Counted from the first letter of the stretch, positions 1 to 7,091 are shown. The stretch: 11,738 bases of DNA from a bacterium (GCA_041946805.1 JBHGBC010000178.1:1-11738), one strand, 5' to 3'. The notes: a model not told the origin generated them from the letters alone. A program made the numbers and translations.

Positions 1-13
1 TCCGGAGCATCGC

Positions 14-1759
14 CTATAAAGACGAGACAAACGCCGCCACGTAGGCCAGGGCGGCGTTCCAGGCAATGGAGGCCTGGTTGGAGGAGAAACTGTCTTCCGA
101 ATCCAGGTAAACCGTGGCGGGCGCGGTAGTGGGGGAAAACGACTTGGCCAGTTCCCCATCGTTGAGAAACTGGTTGGGTCCGCCCGCCAGCAAACCGGGG
201 ATGGGGGAGGCGTTGTTGCCAGCCATCGTGGCGGGGTGGGAGAGACGCAGGGGCGGGTGCGAGCCGAATCCGGTTACATAGCAGATGGAGAGCGGATTGC
301 GACCCAGGATGTATTGCAGCTGATCCAGCGCGCCTTGGCGGTAATCCGCGCTGGGTTGAAAGCGGTCCGCCAGGCACAAGATAATCGCGTTATTCAACAA
401 CGCTCCATTCGAGCCCCAGGTAAATTCCCCTTCCTGGAGACTGAGCCGGTAACCGTCCGCCTGGATTTTTTCGAGCAGGGCGCCGGCCAGTGAAAGCAGG
501 TCGGTCAAGGCTTCCTGGCGCAGCTCCGGTCCGAACGCATTGGAGGCGTCGTCGAGAATGGCGGCCACGGCCAGGGGCATCATGTTGCCCCAATAACCGG
601 AGGCGGAGAGAAGGGGGACGCGTTGATCCGCCAGGGTCTTGACCGCCTGGAGATAGATTTGGTGTTTTGTGGCGAGAGAGAGTTCCACCGCCGCCCAGAA
701 GCGTTCCTCCGAGTCGTCGGCGTCGGAGAAGGCCTGGGTGCGGACATCGGGCGGATTTTGGAATCCCGCGCCGGGGGGATGGGATTCCAGGTAATCCCAG
801 GCGGCCATGGCGCCATGCAGGCACCGGCCGGCGAAGTCCGCGTCATAAACCGCATAGACGCGCGAGGCTTTCGCGAGCAGCGCGCAGGCTCCGCCGGTGG
901 CCGCGGTGGAGGGCGGGAAGAGGAAACGGGATTCCGTGTCCTTGGCCGGGGGAACGGGCTTCACCGGTTCGAGGGATGTGAGTTTGTGGTAAAATCCGCC
1001 CTCGTCTCCCTGCATTCGTAGAAGCCACTCCAGTTCCCAACGGACTTCATCGAGCAGGTCGGGGATGGAATTGCCGCTTTCGGGGATGGCCAACGAGCCG
1101 TCCGGGAGCGCGGCAGGGAAATGATCGTGGAGCAGTAGAAGGAGTCCCGCCGCGTACACGCCGCTGACCGTGTATTTTCCGTAATCCCCGCCGTCATGCC
1201 ATCCGCCGGTGGCCGCTTGGACCACAGCGGAGGAGGAGAAGATCGCGGCGTCCGCGGCGTGGCATTCGGGGTGCTGCCAGGCATCGGCGAATTTTTTGGG
1301 AAGCGCGCATCCGCAACGCTGGAGGTAATAACTTCGGACAGTCTGCCGGAGGAGAGAAGGATTGAGCCGCGTATCGACCGGGAAGGGAGGGGATTGCCCG
1401 ATGCCCTCCACCTGGAGGATGTATTTCCCCGTGGCGTGGAGGATACTGAAATCGGCGATCCAGACATCCGATCCGCTGGCCGCGTCGGCCGGTTCGGCGA
1501 GTTCGAGCATGCCCTCGAGCACCGGTACGGAGGTGTCCGCGTTCAGGACCGAAAAGGGCAGGCCGAGAGGCGAGGAAACCATCGCGATTTTCGAGTGTCC
1601 GGCCAAATAGCCCAATTGATTGATGTGGATGAGCGAGGGAGTGTTGGGGGTCTCGGCGCCGCCCGCCGGCATGGGTGGAAGCCCCACGGTCAAGACACCG
1701 GCCAAAGTCCCAATCCAGATCAGGAGGGAGGGGAGGGTGAGTCTCCGCCGCGTTTTCAT
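14..1759 (-). CDS. Secreted glycoside hydrolase family 9 protein (N-terminal Ig-like CelD_N domain plus (alpha/alpha)6 barrel), probably catalytically impaired
   Basis: 581-aa ORF with a signal-like N-terminus (MKTRRR + hydrophobic stretch) and GAGG upstream. Motifs: INQLGY (Ig-like domain start), YYLQRCG, GGWHDGGDYGKY, DLLDEVRWELEWLLRMQ, WGSN, YILGRNP..CYVTGFG, GLLAGGPN and the C-terminal SSNQASIAWNA (canonical: SxNEVAIxWNA). Confidence 0.93.
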   Translation of the reverse strand: MKTRRRLTLPSLLIWIGTLAGVLTVGLPPMPAGGAETPNTPSLIHINQLGYLAGHSKIAMVSSPLGLPFSVLNADTSVPVLEGMLELAEPADAASGSDVWIADFSILHATGKYILQVEGIGQSPPFPVDTRLNPSLLRQTVRSYYLQRCGCALPKKFADAWQHPECHAADAAIFSSSAVVQAATGGWHDGGDYGKYTVSGVYAAGLLLLLHDHFPAALPDGSLAIPESGNSIPDLLDEVRWELEWLLRMQGDEGGFYHKLTSLEPVKPVPPAKDTESRFLFPPSTAATGGACALLAKASRVYAVYDADFAGRCLHGAMAAWDYLESHPPGAGFQNPPDVRTQAFSDADDSEERFWAAVELSLATKHQIYLQAVKTLADQRVPLLSASGYWGNMMPLAVAAILDDASNAFGPELRQEALTDLLSLAGALLEKIQADGYRLSLQEGEFTWGSNGALLNNAIILCLADRFQPSADYRQGALDQLQYILGRNPLSICYVTGFGSHPPLRLSHPATMAGNNASPIPGLLAGGPNQFLNDGELAKSFSPTTAPATVYLDSEDSFSSNQASIAWNAALAYVAAFVSSL

Positions 1760-2052
1760 GCTTAGCCTCGTGCGCCTTCAGGGATGTTGGTTGGTCCGGA
1801 TTCCCGCCTCATATTCGATTCCGTCCGGTCCGGGGATTTCCGCCGTTCCGGGCCGAGGGAAGCCGGAGCAGAGAACTACCAAACCGCTTCAAATCAAGGA
1901 TAATATCATACGGGATGGGTTCGGTCCGTATACGTGTGAATACCGATTCCGGCATTTCGTCCAATATGAGGGACCGGAGAGGATACGGATACCGCCATCC
2001 ATCGGAACACGTTCCTTGTATACTCGGATTTGATTTCCACTGAGGAACACTC

Positions 2053-3276
2053 ATGAAAATCCGCGTTTTGGTTGTTGCAACGTTCGTTTGGCTAGGACTG
2101 TCACCTCCGGCCTGGTCCGACACCGTGATTTTCAAGAACGGCACCCAGGCCATCGGCACCATTTTATCCATGACCGATGAGAAAATCGTCATGGATGTCT
2201 TCGGGGTGACAACGGAATTTCTGCGGTCGGAGATCGTGGAGATCATCCGTAAGGAAAGTCCGCCGGAGAACACGACGCCCCCCGCGGTCACGCCCGAGAC
2301 GGTTCCCGCCGCCACCGAACCGGTGAATTCCATCACGCCGGAAACACCGGTTCCCTCGAAACTGGTTCCCCCGGCTTCCGTTCCTGTTGCCCCGCCGCTG
2401 GAAAACGAACCCTTGCAGCCGTTGCTGCCGGTCTTGCTGCCCCATGGCAAGGCTTACCAGGTGCAGGGTTCCGCCGGTGTGCGGTTCCGGGAAGGCCCCA
2501 ACCTCGACTCGCCGATTATTGCCATGCTCCCGGGCAAGACGATCTTGTTGGAAGTGGAAATCGCCAACGGGTGGCTGCGGGCGAAAACCCTCGATGGCAA
2601 GGAAGGGTGGATTCACCCCAATTTCGTCTTGCCCCTGGAAAGTGTTTCCTGCCTGGTGACCGGAGAAAACGTCAATATCCGGGAAGCGCCGGGTGAATTG
2701 TACCGCCCCTTGGCGAAACTGCGGAAAGGCGAAGTGGTGCTCAAGTTGGAGGAGCAGGGGGAATGGTGGTTTGTTTTGTCTCAGGAAACGGTGTCGGGCT
2801 GGTGCAACAAGGCGTATTTGCAGCCGGTGACGGATGAAAACCTGATCCGGCCGCCCATGCGGGTGGTCAACAACCAGGATGCCGGCATGCCCATTCTGGT
2901 GGTGAAACGCGCGGAAACGGCGGAGACGCTGCAGATCTCCTTCACAGTGCGCGATCCCAATATTGTACTGGCGCAAAAGACCAACGTTCTGGTTTTTTAC
3001 CGGGACGCCAATCTGTTCAATTCGGAAAAATCGGCCTACGTGAGCGATGCGATCCTTCAGCGGACGCGCCTCAAGACTTCCGCGGACATCCTGCAGGAGG
3101 GCTTTCCCGAGGAAATCGCGGTCAGTTTCGTGGGGGGAGATATTCTCACCATCGAGGGGCAACGCGCGGCGGAAGGGTGGCAGTTTGAATTGTCCGCGCC
3201 GGATGCATCCGCCATTACCTACGCGTTCGTGGTGCAGAAAGGACCCGCCCGCGGCTCGCTGGTGCTGGTGCCGTAA
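2053..3276 (+). CDS. Secreted protein with two bacterial SH3 (SH3b) domains, a Pro/Thr-rich linker and uncharacterised N- and C-terminal domains
   Basis: 407-aa ORF; GAGGA RBS at 2042-2046; signal peptide ending AWS|D. Two repeats of the SH3b pattern: VRFREGP..DSPII..L..G..GWLR..DGKEGWIHPNFV and VNIREAPG..LAKLRKGE..EWWFV..GWCNKAYL. Confidence 0.88.
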   Translation: MKIRVLVVATFVWLGLSPPAWSDTVIFKNGTQAIGTILSMTDEKIVMDVFGVTTEFLRSEIVEIIRKESPPENTTPPAVTPETVPAATEPVNSITPETPVPSKLVPPASVPVAPPLENEPLQPLLPVLLPHGKAYQVQGSAGVRFREGPNLDSPIIAMLPGKTILLEVEIANGWLRAKTLDGKEGWIHPNFVLPLESVSCLVTGENVNIREAPGELYRPLAKLRKGEVVLKLEEQGEWWFVLSQETVSGWCNKAYLQPVTDENLIRPPMRVVNNQDAGMPILVVKRAETAETLQISFTVRDPNIVLAQKTNVLVFYRDANLFNSEKSAYVSDAILQRTRLKTSADILQEGFPEEIAVSFVGGDILTIEGQRAAEGWQFELSAPDASAITYAFVVQKGPARGSLVLVP

Positions 3277-3338
3277 GGGAAAGATCACTCAATCCTTTCT
3301 CTTCCGAAGCGGTCATTCGTTGAATATCGTCCAAAGGT

Positions 3339-3365
3339 GTCATCCCCGCGTAAACGGGGATCCAG
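3339..3365. repeat. REP-like palindrome, GTCATCCCCG-N-CGGGGATCCAG type
   Basis: GTCATCCCCGCGTAAACGGGGATCCAG; stem ATCCCCG/CGGGGAT. It translates on the minus strand as WIPVYAGMT or LDPRLRGDD, strings typical of this widespread repeat family. Confidence 0.75.
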
Positions 3366-3376
3366 AGAGACAACAA

Positions 3377-3404
3377 GTAGGGGCCTGTCGTACCATGCCC
3401 CTGC
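3377..3404. repeat. GTAG-tagged REP-like palindrome
   Basis: GTAGGGGC-N12-GCCCCTGC: an 8-bp inverted repeat with one wobble, starting with the GTAG tag. Confidence 0.6.
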
Positions 3405-3608
3405 TTTCGTGGTGGGATTGGGATTCCCATCCACATGATGGATTCGAGTCTCTATCCGGAGTATTGTTCTTCCTACGTTGGTATCCTCAACGAAAAGGCC
3501 TTGAGACTTCCTCGCCAGCAAATCACGCAGGGCACATAAACAGGATTCATGCATCCAAAAATCCAGGTTTATCTATCCTGCATTCCGTTACCTACCTAAA
3601 CTGAAATA

Positions 3609-3646
3609 TTGAGTCTGTTATCATAATTGTAATATAATCAGATTAT
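3609..3646 (+). promoter_or_regulatory. Candidate sigma70 promoter for the radical SAM gene with an overlapping palindrome
   Basis: TTGAGT (3609-3614), N18, TATAAT (3633-3638) inside a markedly AT-rich tract. The palindrome ATAATC-A-GATTAT (3634-3646) overlaps the -10 box. Confidence 0.4.
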
Positions 3647-3880
3647 TATATGATTGCATTTGTCACTCTTCCGAGTCCCATTGCCTTTGTCAGACGCGAT
3701 TAATGGCCTGGAAAAAATCCCTCATCTTTGATCTTGATTGAAAAGTGGATCAAGTTTATCTTATTTATCAACTTTATTTCCTAGGATTCTGGTCTGGAGC
3801 GTTTCAGGGGTTGAAATTGAGGGAATGAAACCGGTTCGTGGCTTGCCGCGCCACGGGAAAGAAACTTGAGGATCAACTTT

Positions 3881-5473
3881 ATGCGCAGGGTTTCCTTTGT
3901 TCCGTTGTACGACGAATATTGTCTGGGCGTGCGGTATATGTCTTCCGTGCTGCAAGAAGCCGGGCATAAGGCTTTCATCAACATCTTCAAGGGGGTGGAG
4001 TACATTTCGCCCACCGAGGTGCCGCCTCCGGACAAGCAGGAGGAGGGGGGCTACTACTCGATGTGCACGTACATCACGCCCAAGGAGTTGGACATCCTGC
4101 TCGGGTTGTTGAAAGAGCAGGATCCCGATCTCGTGGGCATCTCGTTCACGTCGATCAGCTACGGGCTGGCCAAGTTTGTCACGCAGAGGATCAAGCAAGA
4201 GTTGAAGGTTCCGGTGATTTGGGGCGGTGTGGATTCGACCATGAACGCCGAGGAGAACATCCAGTTCACCGACATGATTTGCATGGGCGAGGGCGAATAC
4301 GCCGTCCGCGACCTGGTCAACGCCCTGGACCGGGGCGAAGACACGGACCATCTCCCCAGCATTTGGGTGAACCGGGACGGGAACATCATCCGCAATCCGT
4401 CACGGAAACTCGAGCAGAACCTGGACAATTACCCGTTTCCTGATTTCGAGTTGGAAAACAAGACGGTGATCATCCACGAGGGCATATCGGATTCGCCCTA
4501 CCCGCCGCGCAGCCATCTGTACACCAATTTCATCATCATGGCCACGCGCGGCTGCCCGTTCACCTGCACGTATTGCTGCAGCGGGCACGACGACGTGATG
4601 TACAAGGGTGACAAGTTTCTCCGGCGGCGTTCGGTGGCCAACGTGATCGCGGAGCTCAAATACCGGCTGCGCACCTGGCCGTGGCCCATTGAACGGATCG
4701 AGTTCTACGACGACGTTTTGCCGCTGAACAAGCGCTGGATCGCCGAGTTTGCGCCCGAATACGCCACGGAAGTCGCGTTGCCGTTTTTCGGCTACACGCA
4801 CCCCAACGTGGGCGATCCCGAGATTTTGCAATATCTGCACTACGCGGGATTGAACTACCTGATCATGGGGATTCAGTCCGGCAGCCAGCGGACGCTGCGC
4901 AAGTACTACGACCGGCGGCATCCCAAGGAAGGGACCGTCCGCACGGTTCACAATATCCTGGATTCGGGGACCAAACTGCTGGTCGATTTCATCGGTTACA
5001 ATCCGCTGGAATTGGAGGAGGACAACCTCGAAACGTTGGACTTGATCTGCGACCTGCCCCGGCCGATCGGGATCATCAAGATCAATCCCATGGCCTTTTA
5101 CGACAATTACAAGATCTTCCACCTCGCCCACCAGGAGGGGATCGTTGACAAGTTGGAGCGGCCCAAGGGAGTCCACGCGCTCCAGGCCAAACCGGATCCC
5201 ATTTACGTATTTTGGGAATTCGTGCACACGCTGGCGCATTTTGACGGATTCACCAAGGAAAATATCGTGGGGCTCACGCAAGACCACTATCTGAGGAAGA
5301 ATCCGGCGCTATTGGAAGAACTGGTCACCAACCTGTACATGGCGACCTACATGGATGGCAATCCCGTCGTGCGCAAAGAGGATTACATTCAACAGTTGCG
5401 GTGGCGGGTGGCGCAGACGGAACAGAATTCGGTGTTCCGGGCATACCGGAAGATCAAGAGCCTGGTGGCGTGA
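3881..5473 (+). CDS. Cobalamin (B12)-binding-domain radical SAM protein (class B methyltransferase-like)
   Basis: N-terminal B12-binding signatures DPDLVGISF, VPVIWGG and MGEGE; ATRGCPFTCTYC (CxxxCxxC 4Fe-4S motif); RRRSVANVIAE, FYDD and MGIQSGS. Start placed at ATG 3881 (GAGGA at 3868-3872, 8-nt spacing) rather than the TTG at 3866 in the ORF track. Confidence 0.93.
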   Translation: MRRVSFVPLYDEYCLGVRYMSSVLQEAGHKAFINIFKGVEYISPTEVPPPDKQEEGGYYSMCTYITPKELDILLGLLKEQDPDLVGISFTSISYGLAKFVTQRIKQELKVPVIWGGVDSTMNAEENIQFTDMICMGEGEYAVRDLVNALDRGEDTDHLPSIWVNRDGNIIRNPSRKLEQNLDNYPFPDFELENKTVIIHEGISDSPYPPRSHLYTNFIIMATRGCPFTCTYCCSGHDDVMYKGDKFLRRRSVANVIAELKYRLRTWPWPIERIEFYDDVLPLNKRWIAEFAPEYATEVALPFFGYTHPNVGDPEILQYLHYAGLNYLIMGIQSGSQRTLRKYYDRRHPKEGTVRTVHNILDSGTKLLVDFIGYNPLELEEDNLETLDLICDLPRPIGIIKINPMAFYDNYKIFHLAHQEGIVDKLERPKGVHALQAKPDPIYVFWEFVHTLAHFDGFTKENIVGLTQDHYLRKNPALLEELVTNLYMATYMDGNPVVRKEDYIQQLRWRVAQTEQNSVFRAYRKIKSLVA

Positions 5474-5493
5474 GTGGCAGTGGGGACAATGGG

Positions 5494-5533
5494 CCTTCAC
5501 CCCCGGCCCTTCTCCCACGAAGGGAGAGGGGAG
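5494..5533. repeat. REP-like palindrome, CCCTCACCCC...CTCTCCC-N-GGGAGAGGG type
   Basis: CCTTCACCCCCGGCCCTTCTCCCACGAAGGGAGAGGGGAG; stem CCCTTCTCCC (5507-5516) / GGGAGAGGGG (5522-5531), about 20 nt after the radical SAM stop codon. Confidence 0.72.
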
Positions 5534-5590
5534 AAGTGGCAATGGCGGATTACGCGCGGCGTGCGCCATCCATAAAATTCTCACAAAATT

Positions 5591-5619
5591 TTGGATACCG
5601 GTTCCCGCTTGGATATACT
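5591..5619 (+). promoter_or_regulatory. Candidate sigma70 promoter driving the terC leader
   Basis: TTGGAT (5591-5596), N17, TATACT (5614-5619); predicted transcription start near 5626. Confidence 0.55.
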
Positions 5620-5625
5620 GGCAAT

Positions 5626-5777
5626 AGATTCAGGTTTTTTTAAGGGATGGGGAAAGTAACACAGGTGACACACCACACACCGGGTGAAGGACGATAGGTT
5701 GGCAACGACCTTCTGCACTGACGTTCGGCGCCGCGGCTGTGTTCGAGGAAATCAGGGCATGGCGACATGCCCTTTTT
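5626..5777 (+). ncRNA. Candidate cis-regulatory leader RNA (attenuator/riboswitch-like) or ~150-nt sRNA upstream of terC
   Basis: Bounded by the predicted promoter and an intrinsic terminator. Contains AACACAG (5658-5664) / CTGTGTT (5737-5743) and an alternative pairing 5714-5721 / 5752-5759 that overlaps the terminator. Family not identified. Confidence 0.4.
5754..5777 (+). terminator. Intrinsic (Rho-independent) terminator about 95 nt upstream of the terC start
   Basis: AGGGCATG-GCGA-CATGCCCT followed by TTTT: perfect 8-bp stem, GNRA tetraloop and U-tract. Confidence 0.8.
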
Positions 5778-5872
5778 CATTGGATGCCGCCCTGTCACTT
5801 TATCGAAGGCCGCCGGGCAACTAAAGTACCCGTATCCCGTCTTTTCAGCCTGTCGCATCCGAGGGTTAATCC

Positions 5873-6820
5873 GTGGTTGTTTCCTTGCCGGTTTGGATCG
5901 TTTTTCTGGTTTTCATCCTCTTCCTGTTGGCCTTGGATCTGGGCGTGTTCAACCGCCGGGCGCATGTGATCCAGTTCAAGGAAGCGCTCTGGTGGACCGT
6001 CATCTGGATCCTGGTGGCGCTCGCGTTCAACGTGTGGGTCTATTGGTATCTGGGCTCCCGCGCGGGGACCGAATTCCTGACCGGTTATATCATCGAGCGG
6101 GCGCTCAGCATGGATAACATCTTCGTGTTCATCCTGGTGTTTTCCTATTTTCAAGTACCGGATAAATACCACCACCGGGTGCTCTTTTGGGGCATATTGG
6201 GGGCTCTGGTGATGCGGGGATTGTTCATCGCGGCGGGCATCACCTTGATCCACATGTTTTCCTGGGTGATGTACCTTTTCGGGCTCTTTCTGGTTATTAC
6301 CGGAATCAAGATGGCCCTGGAGAAAGATAAGGAAATCCATCCGGAGAAAAATCCTGTTTTACGGTTTTGCCGGAGGTTGTTTCCGGTAACCGAGAATTAC
6401 GTGGAAGGGAAATTTTTCGTCCACCGGAACCACAAGTATTGGATTACGCCCCTCTTTCTGGTCCTGATCTTCGTGGAAGCCACCGACGTGGTTTTCGCGC
6501 TGGATTCGATTCCGGCCATCCTGGCCATCACGCTCGATCCGTTTATCGTCTTCACCTCGAACGTGTTCGCCATCCTGGGCTTGCGGGCCATGTATTTCGC
6601 GGTGGCGGATATCCTGAAACTGTTTCATTACCTGCATTACGGGCTGTCGTTCATCCTGGTGTTTGTCGGTGCCAAGATGCTGATCGAGGAATTCTATCAA
6701 ATCCCCATTCTGGTCTCGTTGGGGATCATCACCGTGTTGTTCACCCTCTCCATCGTGGCCTCGGTGATTTGGCCGCAGGAGGAGAAAGCCCTGCCCGCCG
6801 CCGGGAAAATCCACCGGTAA
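5873..6820 (+). CDS. terC: TerC/Alx family integral membrane protein (likely Mn2+/metal homeostasis)
   Basis: 315-aa polytopic hydrophobic ORF; GTG start with GAGGG at 5861-5865. Motifs: LALDLGVF, FLTGYIIERALSMDNIFVF, HRVLFWGILGALVMRGLFI, EATDVVFALDSIPAILAIT.DPFIVFTSNVFAILGLRAMYF and ILVFVGAKML. Confidence 0.96.
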   Translation: MVVSLPVWIVFLVFILFLLALDLGVFNRRAHVIQFKEALWWTVIWILVALAFNVWVYWYLGSRAGTEFLTGYIIERALSMDNIFVFILVFSYFQVPDKYHHRVLFWGILGALVMRGLFIAAGITLIHMFSWVMYLFGLFLVITGIKMALEKDKEIHPEKNPVLRFCRRLFPVTENYVEGKFFVHRNHKYWITPLFLVLIFVEATDVVFALDSIPAILAITLDPFIVFTSNVFAILGLRAMYFAVADILKLFHYLHYGLSFILVFVGAKMLIEEFYQIPILVSLGIITVLFTLSIVASVIWPQEEKALPAAGKIHR

Positions 6821-6972
6821 CCGTCAGCCTTCTTCACCCCCGTGTGTTAATCCGCCTTTCCTGGCCGGTGGATCAAAGCCGCGTGATGTATTGTGGAGTG
6901 CAGGGCCGCCCGGCGGGCCGCCCCATCAATCCATCATTCTGTCCTCTCCCGGAGAATCAAGGCCAGATGATA

Positions 6973-7013
6973 GTCTGAATCAGGATGGTCAGGATTAACA
7001 AGATGACCAGGAT
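6973..7013 (+). repeat. 41-bp dispersed repeat with 9-nt CAGGAT periodicity, copy 1
   Basis: GTCTGAATCAGGATGGTCAGGATTAACAAGATGACCAGGAT; 37/41 identical to 11544-11584. Confidence 0.85.
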
Positions 7014-7057
7014 CGGGCGGGTTCCGCCGCGCTCAATCCCCCCCTGCAGTAGTAATG

Positions 7058-7091
7058 GATGGAGTACGCGCAACGCGCTAACCCATCCTAC
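7058..7091 (-). repeat. GTAG-tagged REP-like palindrome between the convergent terC and cocE-family genes
   Basis: Minus strand reads GTAG-GATGGGTTAGCGCGTTGCGCGTACTCCATC: an imperfect hairpin with GATGG/CCATC arms and a GTAG tag. Confidence 0.7.

Noticed and set aside
2164..3288. 374-aa minus-strand ORF, and similar shadows at 4400-5287, 8945-9784, 9082-9891 and 10689-11357
   Set aside because: They overlap well-supported genes and have Arg/Gly/His-rich composition typical of off-frame translation.
3215..3554. Short minus-strand ORFs containing WIPVYAGMT and LDPRLRGDD
   Set aside because: These strings are translations of the palindromic repeat at 3339-3365, not evidence of protein.
3728..3753. 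Possible FNR box (TTGAT...ATCAA)
   Set aside because: Spacing is about 10 or 16 nt, not the required 4.
3810..3865. Possible cobalamin riboswitch before the B12 radical SAM gene (AGGGAA...CCGGT; GCCACGGGAAAG)
   Set aside because: Only fragments match; the CCCCGC-ACUGU core and the AGYCAG-AGACC-GCC B12 box are absent, and the segment is too short.
5471..5533. Selenocysteine read-through at TGA stops followed by hairpins (radical SAM; also yhhQ at 9809-9811)
   Set aside because: Both proteins look complete at the TGA, the hairpin after the radical SAM gene is a REP-type repeat, and nothing suggests these TGAs replace a conserved Cys.
5699..5717. Possible sigma54 promoter (TTGGCA...TGCA)
   Set aside because: GG-to-GC spacing is 12 nt rather than the strict 10.
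6973..7013. CRISPR repeat interpretation of the 41-bp repeat
   Set aside because: Only two copies, 4.5 kb apart, with no regular spacers and no cas genes in the window.
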